In this document: positions 51,268 through 61,316 of the stretch, in pieces
Numbering within the stretch: position 1 is the first letter of the stretch
Layout: every line of letters begins with the position of its first letter
Assembly (NCBI GenBank): GCA_963664705.1
Contig: OY761556.1
Coordinates: 5,536,001 to 5,600,000 of the forward strand
From: Acidobacteriota bacterium
GTDB taxonomy: Bacteria; Acidobacteriota; UBA6911
DNA length: 64,000 nucleotides
Direction of reading: 5' to 3'
Translations under genes and position numbers: made by a program
Notes under the pieces: generated by a model
What the model was told of the DNA's origin: nothing
The model's input: only the letters and a program-made list of their open reading frames with translations
Database searches by the model: none

Positions 51268-52404
51268 TCACATTTGTCTGACGAACACCTTGGACAGTAC
51301 CGAAGGCATAAGAACGGAGAGTGCTTCTTCGGTTTCATGTTGCGTTTTGTTCAGCAATTCGACTTTCGCAAAGACTGCACAAATCTTTTCCTGCCATTCA
51401 ACCGGCGGAAGCATCAGACGATGGGAAAGGATTCGATCAGGCTGCACCCGCTGTCTTCGATTGCCTAATCCCTTACTGCCCGCCGCAACTTCAGCCCAAA
51501 TCCCTGGTGATTTAAAATAACTGAATAGGAATTCCGCCTTTATGCGATCAGAACAATCAAAGGTTGGATATTCGTTGGAAACGAAGCATCCATCAAATTG
51601 TTTGGATACAATCCCATATGCTCCTTCAAACGCGAACAACCGACTATAAATGAATTGGCCGGAGTGGATTCGATTAAGCGACGATGCGCTTGTCATCATG
51701 CCATCAATAGGTGATTTGTCGAATAGTCCGCGACCGAAGCTATAGATTCCCGCATTGGGATACTTGGCATCAAGCCTTACGGGATGAGGATCGAATGTTT
51801 GGCGGATTACCTCTTCCAAAACAACAGAACTCCATCCCATTTTGCATTTGGAGCGATCGTCGAGGTCATCTCGATGGGCCATCGTTATCAATAGACTGTT
51901 CAATTCTTTGATGCTCTGTTTCCGCAAATCGCGTGCCTCGTCGACCTTTTTGGACAGTTCCTCAATCTTAGCGACAATTCGAAGCTGCTCAATAACGGGA
52001 GGGAGGGGGATTTGGACCCCAGAAATATCCTGGACCTTTAGCGATACGTTTGCGGTGCCCAGCATCAACGGTACAAAATATTCATCTTTCTTGGCCATAA
52101 GAAGGAAATACAGGTATTTCGGATTACAGATATTTAGTTCCTTCGGGAGCAGAGCCACCAATAGATTTGAAAGCGCAAATTTTCCTTCCTGAAAATGAAC
52201 CCTATGAAGAGCCGCATCCCCATGCCCAGTCGAAGAAACTAACGGTATGCAAACAGCAGGACCTTCTAGCTGATAGTTTTTGGACGTTCGCCTATACGCA
52301 GCCGTAACCACAAGAGGGTAGCTGCCTGGCTCTGTTTTCATGGCTGGAGACTCCCCTTTTATCAGAGTACAAATATCCCCAATTTGAAAATATTTAAAAG
52401 TCAT
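51268..52404 (-). CDS. hsdS: Type I restriction specificity subunit
   Basis: Two TRDs with conserved IPLPPVIEQLRIV and LMLPPVEWQEKI regions; overlaps the hsdM end. Confidence 0.92.
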   Translation of the reverse strand: MTFKYFQIGDICTLIKGESPAMKTEPGSYPLVVTAAYRRTSKNYQLEGPAVCIPLVSSTGHGDAALHRVHFQEGKFALSNLLVALLPKELNICNPKYLYFLLMAKKDEYFVPLMLGTANVSLKVQDISGVQIPLPPVIEQLRIVAKIEELSKKVDEARDLRKQSIKELNSLLITMAHRDDLDDRSKCKMGWSSVVLEEVIRQTFDPHPVRLDAKYPNAGIYSFGRGLFDKSPIDGMMTSASSLNRIHSGQFIYSRLFAFEGAYGIVSKQFDGCFVSNEYPTFDCSDRIKAEFLFSYFKSPGIWAEVAAGSKGLGNRRQRVQPDRILSHRLMLPPVEWQEKICAVFAKVELLNKTQHETEEALSVLMPSVLSKVFVRQM

Positions 52405-53968
52405 GTGACGATTCCGCCAGGATTTTTCTAATTTCGTTCATGATCTGCGTAATGCGCTCTTCTTTTTGCAGAATGCCCGCGACAAGTTGTTCGGGAGGGG
52501 AATGCTCGAGGTCCTGCTTGGCATTTGGATTCTTTATATCGAGATTTACTGAGACTAAGATTCCCTTGTCATCGTATTTCAAAATATCCTTTGCCTTCAC
52601 CTTCCAGGCCAGTCCGTTTTCTTTGCGCTTTCTCGACCATTCCAAACAGGGAGCAAACTCCTCGAATTGCATCGGTTGGGTTTTGCTGTAGTTCTTTCTG
52701 CCCTCTGGGGTTGGTTGTTCGTAATACCAGATATCCCTAGTCGGGCCTGATCGATCAAAGAAAAGAAGGTTTGTAGGAATTGGCGTATAAGGCGCAAAAA
52801 CACCGTTCGGAAGTCGCACGATTGTATGAAGGTTGAATTCTTTTAGCAGCTCCTCCTTTATTCGTGCACAAACGCCATCACCAAATAGGACACCGTTCGG
52901 CACAACCATTCCGCAGCGGCCACCTTTTAGACCTCCAACCGGTCGCCGCAGTTTGCGCATAATGAGCTGCAGGAAAAGAAGCGCCGTTTCCGCGTTCTGC
53001 TTGTCCTCGGGAAAGTTTGAGAGAATACCACGCTCCTCTTCACCTCCGAAAGGTGGATTGGTGATTATCACATCAACCCGGTCTCTGTCCCCGATTTCCC
53101 TAAGCGGGAAACGCAACGCGTTCCCCGGGTCGATATCCGGATACTCAAGCCCATGGAGCAAGAGGTTCATTTGGCAAAGCAGATAGGGGAGGGACTTGGC
53201 TTCGATTCCATGGATCGTACCCCGCTGCAAGCGTGCATAGTCATCCGCTTTCTTACACTGTTTTCTCATGTGTTCGAAGGCTTCGACCAGGAATCCACCA
53301 GTTCCCGCGGCCGGATCGAGCACGGCCTCTCCGAGCTTTGGATCGATGACGCTCACGATGAACTTGATCACGGCGCGGGGCGTATAGAACTCGCCGGAAT
53401 CCCCGGCGGCGTCCCGCATCTCCCTGAGCATCGTTTCATAGAGGGCACCTAGCGTATGAATCTCGTCCTTTGACAGGAAATGAATCTCGTTGACCTTGTT
53501 GAGCACATCCCGGAGAAGGTATCCGTTGACCATCCTGTTGACGGTTCCGTCAAAGACGCGGGCGATGACATCGCGACGATCGCCGTTTGTGCTCTGGAGC
53601 GACCGCAAATACGCGAAGAGTCCCGGACCGCGTTTGCCGTCCGGCCGCGTGGCTTCGTCCTGGTTGATGAAGGCGATGAGTTCCGGTCCGGTGATGCCGT
53701 CCGCTTTGGCGGCCCAATCGCGCCAGCGGTACGGTGCTTCGACCGCAGGCCGGAATTTCTTGCCGGCGAGAGTCGCCTCTTCCTTCCGGATCTCTTCCAT
53801 GTCGTCGAGGAACTTCAGGAACATGATCCAGGTGAGCATCGGAAGCCGGTCGAGGTCGCCGTTCAGACCTTTGTCCTTCCGCATGATATCGCGGCAGGAT
53901 TTTATAAGGTTCCCTAGTTGCTGGGCCGTGGATAGAGGAATGATTGCTTTGGATTTCGTTTTAGGCAT
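52394..53968 (-). CDS. hsdM: Type I N6-adenine methyltransferase
   Basis: GEFYTPR, DPAAGTGGF and NPPF motifs. Confidence 0.95.
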   Translation of the reverse strand: MPKTKSKAIIPLSTAQQLGNLIKSCRDIMRKDKGLNGDLDRLPMLTWIMFLKFLDDMEEIRKEEATLAGKKFRPAVEAPYRWRDWAAKADGITGPELIAFINQDEATRPDGKRGPGLFAYLRSLQSTNGDRRDVIARVFDGTVNRMVNGYLLRDVLNKVNEIHFLSKDEIHTLGALYETMLREMRDAAGDSGEFYTPRAVIKFIVSVIDPKLGEAVLDPAAGTGGFLVEAFEHMRKQCKKADDYARLQRGTIHGIEAKSLPYLLCQMNLLLHGLEYPDIDPGNALRFPLREIGDRDRVDVIITNPPFGGEEERGILSNFPEDKQNAETALLFLQLIMRKLRRPVGGLKGGRCGMVVPNGVLFGDGVCARIKEELLKEFNLHTIVRLPNGVFAPYTPIPTNLLFFDRSGPTRDIWYYEQPTPEGRKNYSKTQPMQFEEFAPCLEWSRKRKENGLAWKVKAKDILKYDDKGILVSVNLDIKNPNAKQDLEHSPPEQLVAGILQKEERITQIMNEIRKILAESSHDF

Positions 53969-53976
53969 GGTTCAAA

Positions 53977-56337
53977 TCAGGCTGCATAGAGAATGGTTTG
54001 TAATTCGGTGACTGCGGCCCGCAGGTTTTCGGCTCCGCCGAAAAGGGCCGTGATCTGCGGTATGGTCCCCCGTTCCGAGATCGGCGGGACCCGCAGAATA
54101 TCTGGAATTGTGAATTCAGCAGTGCCGAACTCGATGTATTTGTCGAGCATCTCGTTTAGCACTGTGTTTGCTTCAGGCGAATACTTGTCAAAGAAATCGG
54201 TCTTTTCCTTGCGGACCATCTCTGCGCGCTCCCTTCGGGTCCGGAGCGGAGCATTGAAGGCCACATGGCAAAGAAGGTCGAAGGGATCGGCATCCGGCTG
54301 TTTTGCCGCCTCTACAAGCTCACCGAAAGATATGCCGCGCTCCTCCAATGCCTGAATGATGGAAGCCCGTTCCTCCGCGTTGCTCCATTTCGAACGGAGA
54401 GCTGCGGCGGAAGGATACATATTCCTTACCTTGTCTGCAGTGTAATCGGTGAATTTGACGACGCGGAGCTGCTTGCCGTCGGGATCGAGTTCGTAGACGA
54501 GATGGGCTGCGATCTCGATGGAACCTTCGTCCACATAGTATTTGCGCGACGGGCCTTCGGGCCGTTCAGGCGGGGTTGTGTATGCTCGTTCCTCTTCTTC
54601 CACGCCCTCTCCCGGTTTTTCTTCCTCGACCACCTCGGGTTCCCTAACCGTCTCGCCCTTGTTGTTCATCTCTTCTTCGGTCACGAGCGCGGGTTCACCG
54701 TCGAAGTCCGGATCAGCAAACAGCCTTGTAGCGCTGCCGGTATAGTCGAGGATATTGAAGTAAAGCTTGCCGTAGTCGTCCCGGACCCTTGTCCCCCGCC
54801 CGATGATTTGCTTGAACTCGGTCATGGAGTTGATCACGCGGGCAAGCACGATGTTTTTGCAGGTCTGCACGTCGACGCCGGTCGTGAGCATCTGGGAGGT
54901 TGTGACGATCGTCGGGACCAATGTTTCAAGTTCCATAAATCGGTCGAGATGACCGCGGCCGATCTTTCCCTCGTCGGAGACGATACGGGCCGTGTAATCA
55001 GGGTTCTTCTGCACCAGATCCGCATTGAGATTGTTCAACACCTTCCGCATTTCCTCTGCATGTTCCTGGTCAACGCAGAAAACAATGGTCTTCGCGTACC
55101 GGTCGGTCTTCTTGAGAAAGTCCGTTAGGTTCCGGGCAATCGCCTCGGTGCGGGCCTTCAACGCCACGATCCGTTCGAAGTCCTTGGTGCTGTACTCCCC
55201 GTCCGGGATCTCGCGTCCGAAGCGGTCGAGCTCGCCCTTGTTCGGCCGCCAGCCTGCGGCATCGGCCGTCGTCACGATGCGGTGGACCTTGTAGGGAGCA
55301 AGGAAACCATCATCGATCCCCTGGCGGAGGCTGTACATATAGATCGGATTGCCGAAATAGCGGTACGTATCGCGGTTATCCTCCCGCATCGGGGTCGCAG
55401 TCATCCCAAGCTGGAATGCAGGTTCAAAGTATTCCAGAATGTCGCGCCAGTTAGACTCGTCGCGAGCGCTACCTCGATGGCACTCATCCACGATCACGAG
55501 ATCGAAGAAATCTTTGGGATATTCGCGATAGAGGCCGGGCCGGCGGGAATCCTTTGCGATCGACTGGTACGTGGCGAAATACATCTCCCGGCTTTTTATC
55601 GCTTCGCCCTCGATCTTGTACCGGGCGTCGCCGAAGGGCGTGAAGATCTTGTCCTTCGGATCATCCACAAGCACATTCCGGTCGGCCAGGTACAGGATCC
55701 TCGGGCGGCGATACTCGCCCGTCCGGTTCCAGCGCGAGTTCCAAAGCTTCCAGCAGATCTGGAAAGCGACAACAGTCTTGCCGGTTCCCGTGGCCAGCGT
55801 CAGAAGCACGCGCTTCTTCCCCTGCAGGATGGACTTCACGGCGCCGTTGATTGCAATTTCCTGATAATAGCGGGGAGTCTTCCCAGAAAGGTGGTAATAC
55901 GGAGCCAGCACGCGCTCAGCCACTTCCGGTGGTATATTTTCGGCAGCCTTCAGGCGAGTCCAAAGCTCTTCGGGTGTGGGGAAGGACTCCAAGTCGTTGT
56001 CCTTTCCCGTGAAGAAATCGTGTTCGACGATCCCGTGGCCGTTCGTGGCATACGCGAACTTGAGGCCCAGGATTTGGGCGTATTCTTTGGCTTGCTGGAG
56101 GCCGTCTCCGGGATTTTTGTATACGGACTTCGCCTCAACGACGGCGAGCGTGAAGTCGCGACGGTACTTCAGGAGATAATCGGCCCGCTTCTGCGGGCGG
56201 CGCGTGGGCTTCGATCCGGCGACCACAATCCGGCCGTCGGTAAAACTCTTCTGTTCGCTAATCTGGTCGTCGGTCCAGCCCGCGGCATAGAGCTTCGGGA
56301 CAACGTACTGGCGGCAGGTATCGGCTTCGGTGAGCAT
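53977..56337 (-). CDS. hsdR: Type I restriction endonuclease (EcoEI-like)
   Basis: ADY...VVEAK nuclease motif, ATGTGKT, DECH, TATP, QIIGRGTR; EcoEI-type C-terminus. Confidence 0.95.
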   Translation of the reverse strand: MLTEADTCRQYVVPKLYAAGWTDDQISEQKSFTDGRIVVAGSKPTRRPQKRADYLLKYRRDFTLAVVEAKSVYKNPGDGLQQAKEYAQILGLKFAYATNGHGIVEHDFFTGKDNDLESFPTPEELWTRLKAAENIPPEVAERVLAPYYHLSGKTPRYYQEIAINGAVKSILQGKKRVLLTLATGTGKTVVAFQICWKLWNSRWNRTGEYRRPRILYLADRNVLVDDPKDKIFTPFGDARYKIEGEAIKSREMYFATYQSIAKDSRRPGLYREYPKDFFDLVIVDECHRGSARDESNWRDILEYFEPAFQLGMTATPMREDNRDTYRYFGNPIYMYSLRQGIDDGFLAPYKVHRIVTTADAAGWRPNKGELDRFGREIPDGEYSTKDFERIVALKARTEAIARNLTDFLKKTDRYAKTIVFCVDQEHAEEMRKVLNNLNADLVQKNPDYTARIVSDEGKIGRGHLDRFMELETLVPTIVTTSQMLTTGVDVQTCKNIVLARVINSMTEFKQIIGRGTRVRDDYGKLYFNILDYTGSATRLFADPDFDGEPALVTEEEMNNKGETVREPEVVEEEKPGEGVEEEERAYTTPPERPEGPSRKYYVDEGSIEIAAHLVYELDPDGKQLRVVKFTDYTADKVRNMYPSAAALRSKWSNAEERASIIQALEERGISFGELVEAAKQPDADPFDLLCHVAFNAPLRTRRERAEMVRKEKTDFFDKYSPEANTVLNEMLDKYIEFGTAEFTIPDILRVPPISERGTIPQITALFGGAENLRAAVTELQTILYAA

Positions 56338-56696
56338 GAGTTTTCGTTGTTTTGGTTACGCCCATCTGCAATTTTACGAAATGATATTGATGGTAATCCC
56401 GCAAGCGCGAGTAAATGCTTATAATAACAGAAACACTGGGGATTTCAGCCGAAAACTAAGGGGCGGATGCCTTGATTCTATGGCGTTTACAGGTTTTGCG
56501 CAAACAAATCTAAGGGTTAATTCCAATTTCCTGAGCGCGGCGGGTAAAGCATTTTGGGAACATTCGCAATTCTTGACAGAGAAAAAATAAAAGCCGAACA
56601 TTATGGTGTTCCTCGTCCAACTGTCCTTGGAATGTCGCTAAAGGCCGGGAGGCAATTGTGACGATTGCTTTCTATAAAAAACAGGAAAATAGCTAT

Positions 56697-56945
56697 ATGG
56701 ATGAACACACGAAACACGAATTTACGATATTCGTCAATAATCAGTCGTTTGAGACCCCTGCTCATGAACTTACCGGCGCAGAAACCAAAGCTTTGGCTGG
56801 CGTTCCGGCTGACTATGAATTGTTCTTGGTCAACGGGAATCAAACGTCTCCGGTAAGTGATAGCGACAAGATACATATTCACAATAACGAGCACTTTCGC
56901 GCGATCCCTTCGGGTACATTTGGTAAACGTGACCTTACCGCCTAA
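56697..56945 (+). CDS. Ubiquitin-like (multi-ubiquitin family) protein, operon A
   Basis: FTIFVN...ELTGAETKALAGVPADYELF...EHFRAIPSGTFG followed by the tail KRDLTA; beta-grasp pattern; first gene of an E2/E1 operon. Confidence 0.8.
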   Translation: MDEHTKHEFTIFVNNQSFETPAHELTGAETKALAGVPADYELFLVNGNQTSPVSDSDKIHIHNNEHFRAIPSGTFGKRDLTA

Positions 56946-57309
56946 ACTACAAAAAGAGCTCGAAGAGCTCCGTCAAGAGCATAGTATTGTGGTGGTGGAA
57001 GAGGGAGATTGGATCAATCTCACCTTTACTGGGTTTAGTTTGGAGGACGGGTTTAATATCCCCACTTCCGACCTACTTCTTCGAATACCCCGGTCCTATC
57101 CCGATGCAGGTCCAGATATGTTCTGGCTTGAAGAAGCGCTGACCCTTGCAAACGGCCAAATACCTCAAGCAGCTGAAGCAATCGAGGGACCATTTTCCGG
57201 GCGCAGATGGCGTAGATTCTCATGGCATCGCCAAGGATGGCGGCCGTCCATCGACAACATCGATGCTCATCTTGAATTTATCCGTCGCAGGCTCCGAGAA
57301 AAAAGATGA
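56929..57309 (+). CDS. E2/UBC-like protein (Prok-E2 family E type), operon A
   Basis: LLLRIPRSYPDAGPDMFW and WRRFSWH motifs; contains no cysteine; GTG start overlaps the Ubl gene. Confidence 0.85.
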   Translation: MTLPPKLQKELEELRQEHSIVVVEEGDWINLTFTGFSLEDGFNIPTSDLLLRIPRSYPDAGPDMFWLEEALTLANGQIPQAAEAIEGPFSGRRWRRFSWHRQGWRPSIDNIDAHLEFIRRRLREKR

Positions 57310-58673
57310 AACCCGTATTTATTACAATCAATTCGAACGATTGGGAACTGCTAAGACAAGGCCTCTTTACTGAAGACGGCCACGAGAATGCCGCTGTTTT
57401 ACTTTGTGGATCATCCGATACTGATACTCAACGCCGTCTATTGGTTCGTCGGATACGGAATGTGCCCTCCGACATGTATGTCGAGCGCCTTCCCTATCAT
57501 TTGGAAGTCGCATCTTCTTTTTATAACCAAATCGTAACCGAATGTCTTAACTCTAAATTATCCCCGGTTATAGTCCATTCACATCCCGGACATCATAAGG
57601 CCTGGTACTCCGAATCAGATGACTATGGCGAAAAGCGACTTCTGCCTGTCTTGGCTACGCTGCTACCGGGCACCTTGCCTACAAGCCTTGTTGTGACTCC
57701 AAAGGAAGCGACCGGCCGCGTCTTTGTAGATGGTGCCTTTATTCCGTTGGCAGGCATGACAGTAATGGGCACTCCCATGGTTAGATCTCGGTTTATCGGC
57801 GATAGTCGGGATAATGAGGAATTCTCAGAGAAGTTCAATCGCCAGATCCGGGCATTTGGAAGAGATGGGCAGCAGACAATCGAATCGTTGAAAATTGGGG
57901 TGGTTGGCGTTGGGGGTACCGGCTCTCTCGTCGCCGAGCAAATGGCGCGAGCTGGAATTCGCAATCTTCTTCTCGTTGATCACGATCTTATTGAAGAGAG
58001 TAATCTCAGTCGAATTTTTGGAGCAACCCATCAGGATCTAAATCGATACAAAGTTGATGTGCTTGCGGAATATTTGGAGAAGATAAGCGACTCTGCAGTA
58101 TCGAAGGACAACCGATCGGCCATAAAACAGACGGTGCTGGCAAGGATGCGAGATTGCGATTTGGTATTCAGCTGTGTTGATAATGACCGGACACGGGCCT
58201 TGCTTAATCGTTTCGCTCACCAGTATTTGATACCTGTCATTGACCTTGGGACACGGCTCGATGGGCGACAGGGCCATATCACGGCCGCTGCCGGCCGTGT
58301 AAGCATACTAGGGAACAGTTTTACATGTTTACGATGCTCAAATCATATCAGTGCCGAACGTATTCGGGCGGAATCCATGCCTCGTGATGAAAGGATTGCC
58401 CTACAAAAGGAGGGCTACATCATGGGCATCGACGAACCAGCTCCGGCGGTGGTTTCGATGAATACCGTTGTCGCTGGCTTGGGTGTCACGGCTGCACTAA
58501 ACCTTTTTGTTTCGCTAACAGGAGGCATCCAGCCTCTTGATCAGATTTATGATGCCCGATCTGGGTCCGTATTTCCGATAAACCCACGACACGAAAAAGG
58601 ATGTGATATTTGTGACGATACAGAGGGAATAAAAGCACTTGGAGATGTCCAAATAGTTTCAGCTTACGATTAG
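57306..58673 (+). CDS. JAB peptidase-E1/ThiF fusion, operon A
   Basis: JAB E...HSHP..YSESD; ThiF GVGGTGS, DHDLIEESNLSR, CVDN; CLRC and CDIC zinc pairs; ATGA overlap with the E2 gene. Confidence 0.9.
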   Translation: MKPVFITINSNDWELLRQGLFTEDGHENAAVLLCGSSDTDTQRRLLVRRIRNVPSDMYVERLPYHLEVASSFYNQIVTECLNSKLSPVIVHSHPGHHKAWYSESDDYGEKRLLPVLATLLPGTLPTSLVVTPKEATGRVFVDGAFIPLAGMTVMGTPMVRSRFIGDSRDNEEFSEKFNRQIRAFGRDGQQTIESLKIGVVGVGGTGSLVAEQMARAGIRNLLLVDHDLIEESNLSRIFGATHQDLNRYKVDVLAEYLEKISDSAVSKDNRSAIKQTVLARMRDCDLVFSCVDNDRTRALLNRFAHQYLIPVIDLGTRLDGRQGHITAAAGRVSILGNSFTCLRCSNHISAERIRAESMPRDERIALQKEGYIMGIDEPAPAVVSMNTVVAGLGVTAALNLFVSLTGGIQPLDQIYDARSGSVFPINPRHEKGCDICDDTEGIKALGDVQIVSAYD

Positions 58674-58685
58674 GTAGAGCCTATT

Positions 58686-59522
58686 ATGAGCGCGACTCCA
58701 TCCCATCCGCCGAAATTCACATTAACTCTTCGAGCCTCCCCTTTGGCAACCCGGTATTTTGAGCCGATTGCGGTTGACTTTGCGGTAACGAATGATTCGA
58801 GCGATATGTTGTTCATTGAATCATCCTCGTTGAAATTTGAGGCAGATACCGGAGCAATTCCAAACTACGTCGACTGGTCTCCTGGTTTGAGATTGGCCCC
58901 GAGTGAGCAAGGACGCATTTCAGTTGTCGTTCGACCGGTTCCTCTATACAAAGAGTTCACAAATCAATTTGACGTCCTAATAAAATACCGTCCCGAAGTT
59001 CAGGGGCGATTGGGTAAGTTATCGACTGAACAGCACGGTGGTTTTTATATAATCGTCAACACCCCTCCTGCTGATTTGGGGGATGTTTTCGTGAGTTTTA
59101 AGCAGCCCGAAGACCAGCGATTAGCAAACATTTTAGAGCGCTATGCAAAGAGAGCTGGATTCACGCCACACCTTTTCATGCGCAATCCGGCCGTTGGCAC
59201 CGACCAGTGGAGATCAATTGAAAAGCTGATTAAGCAGTCTCATTCAATGTTCGTGGTATGGGGGCGCAGGACCGAATGGGGTGAAGGAGTCGAAAAGGAA
59301 ATCGAATTGTGCCGAAAGCGACGCATGCGAGAGGTTCTCTTAATCGAGAACGACCTTGCACTACCGGACATTTATCATGGCACCAACTGCACATATAAAA
59401 GATATGATCAATCGGATCCGGCGCATGCACTATCGGAGGCCGTAAGTTCACTGCGGGATCAGATCGTCGATTCGCAAAATAGGTTAAGGCGAACCGAAGA
59501 TGCCCACACCGTGGAATATTGA
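58686..59522 (+). CDS. Ig-like beta-sandwich + TIR domain protein
   Basis: C-terminal DVFVSFK...IEKLIKQSHSMFVVW...GVEKEI is TIR-like with the putative catalytic Glu; N-terminal alternating beta strands with VTNDS and LAPSEQ turns. Confidence 0.75.
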   Translation: MSATPSHPPKFTLTLRASPLATRYFEPIAVDFAVTNDSSDMLFIESSSLKFEADTGAIPNYVDWSPGLRLAPSEQGRISVVVRPVPLYKEFTNQFDVLIKYRPEVQGRLGKLSTEQHGGFYIIVNTPPADLGDVFVSFKQPEDQRLANILERYAKRAGFTPHLFMRNPAVGTDQWRSIEKLIKQSHSMFVVWGRRTEWGEGVEKEIELCRKRRMREVLLIENDLALPDIYHGTNCTYKRYDQSDPAHALSEAVSSLRDQIVDSQNRLRRTEDAHTVEY

Positions 59523-59596
59523 TTATTCTCGTGAGATGAAAGAGTATTTCAGCCCTTTGGTTCGAGAAAAGTGAATTACCGAAAACAGCTTCCTAG

Positions 59597-59938
59597 TCAA
59601 ATCCATTTCACGCGATTCTGCACTATCCAAAAATGGCTATGACATTGATCTCGATACCAGAGGGAAGGGCTAATTGTCACCGAGCCTCTTCCGTATTTCA
59701 CGGTCCAGTGGGGATGATCAGTTGGACGCAGATTCACTGATAATCGATGTCCCCTACGACAGGGACAGTCAAAAATCGCCCAGAGAGGGTGTCCATGCCG
59801 TTCGACCACAAAGATAAGGGACACCGTATCATCCGGAACATCACTGACCCGCTCGACGAAACGCACGCCGGTAAAGCGCCGCCGGCGCATCAGACGCGGA
59901 GCAATACGTACCAAGAGATCGGTGAATCTTTTTTTCAT
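59597..59938 (-). CDS. DUF6527-like Cys/His protein, operon B
   Basis: WAIFDCPC..GH.LSVNL...PHW...TISPSLW...CHSHFWI; start overlaps the E1 stop (TGATG). Confidence 0.8.
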   Translation of the reverse strand: MKKRFTDLLVRIAPRLMRRRRFTGVRFVERVSDVPDDTVSLIFVVERHGHPLWAIFDCPCRRGHRLSVNLRPTDHPHWTVKYGRGSVTISPSLWYRDQCHSHFWIVQNRVKWI

Positions 59939-61314
59939 CAGCTTCCCCAGGTCATATCCAAAAACAGGTCCACATCTCCTCTCCCCCAATTAGTGCGATT
60001 TGCACAAAAGCAGTTCGCTTCCGCCGGCGTTGAATTTTTGATGATCTTTGAATCATCGAAAAGAACAAGCAACTCGGAACTGACGCGGTCCGTTCCCATA
60101 TAACCGCTAAGCCTGTGAAGAAGCTCATTGATGGCGAAAGATGCTACGGAGGTCGTGAAAGGAATGACAGCTGGCGCATCGGTATGTAGCTCCGGCACAT
60201 ATTGCTGGCGTCGGCGGCGCTCATATTCTGCTGGATCCGATTCCTCCAATACCTCTGCGGCAACCACGTCTCCGGATATCCGTTTGCGGCAAAACAGGCA
60301 CGCAGCACCCGGCAGCAACGTTGTAACACGGCCCTCAATTGCCTTGATTGTGCCATTATCCGAATCAATCTTTGCGCCCAAATCGAATACCGGAATCAGA
60401 TACCAAATCGCGAACCGCGTCAGTATAGAACGCCCCCGCTCGCGGTCCGTACATCCAAAGATCAGATCGCATTCCCGAAACCGCTTTATCACCGCTACAT
60501 TGGTTATATTTTCAGGAATGATCTCGATCGCTGTTCCCATTCCAACATCCTCAGAATGGTGCCTAAACACTTCCACCTTCGGGTTGCCGACATCGTGGAC
60601 ACGCGAACCGTGACAGCGAGTCACGTTGGATTTTTCAAGACCCTGGGCGTCTGCGATGATGAGTTTTCCGACTCCGAGCCGGATCAATTGTTCCGCAACT
60701 GCGGACCCGGTTCCGCCCATCCCGACGATTCCAACGACCAATCGGCCCAGCAGTTTCTGAAGGTCTTCACCGAAGGCCAGAACCTGCCGGGAAAAGAAAT
60801 CCAGATCGATCTCCGACTCGCGGTCCAACACAAATCGGAATCGATTGCCGATAACGCGAATCCTCTCCATGGACACGATCGTGCCGTCCTGCCGCCAGAT
60901 CCTACCGACGGGCTTTTCTGGAGAGGAGAATACGATGCTGCCGTGGATGGCCGCCTCGTTGTGTATTCGATTGTATGCCGTCCGAAACAGCGGAGCTTCG
61001 GTCCAATCATCTTGTTCGGAGTGCCCGGGAACCGTCGGGGGATGAGAGTGCGCAAACACAAAGCAGAGTTGCCGGTCGGCCGCAGCTTTTATCGCGTGCA
61101 GGAAGGACGACTGCTGGATCTGCATGTGAACATTTGAGGAATGGTCGATTTCGGTTGCCGATACCGGAATCACTTCCCGCACCAGCAGCCGATTCTCGTC
61201 CGCGCTCGCCGAAATGCCGCAAAGGAGATAGGCTGCCTCTTCGCGAGACGAGTGGAAAAGATGGTTAGTGAGCCGCTCGTAATCCTCTTCTGTGAAGGTC
61301 AACGTGAAGCGCAT
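59938..61314 (-). CDS. JAB peptidase-E1/ThiF fusion, operon B
   Basis: EEAAYLLCG, HSHP...HSEQD; GMGGTGS, SNVTR, CTD, CLFC and CFC; true start ATG 61314. Confidence 0.9.
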   Translation of the reverse strand: MRFTLTFTEEDYERLTNHLFHSSREEAAYLLCGISASADENRLLVREVIPVSATEIDHSSNVHMQIQQSSFLHAIKAAADRQLCFVFAHSHPPTVPGHSEQDDWTEAPLFRTAYNRIHNEAAIHGSIVFSSPEKPVGRIWRQDGTIVSMERIRVIGNRFRFVLDRESEIDLDFFSRQVLAFGEDLQKLLGRLVVGIVGMGGTGSAVAEQLIRLGVGKLIIADAQGLEKSNVTRCHGSRVHDVGNPKVEVFRHHSEDVGMGTAIEIIPENITNVAVIKRFRECDLIFGCTDRERGRSILTRFAIWYLIPVFDLGAKIDSDNGTIKAIEGRVTTLLPGAACLFCRKRISGDVVAAEVLEESDPAEYERRRRQQYVPELHTDAPAVIPFTTSVASFAINELLHRLSGYMGTDRVSSELLVLFDDSKIIKNSTPAEANCFCANRTNWGRGDVDLFLDMTWGS

Positions 61315-61316
61315 GG

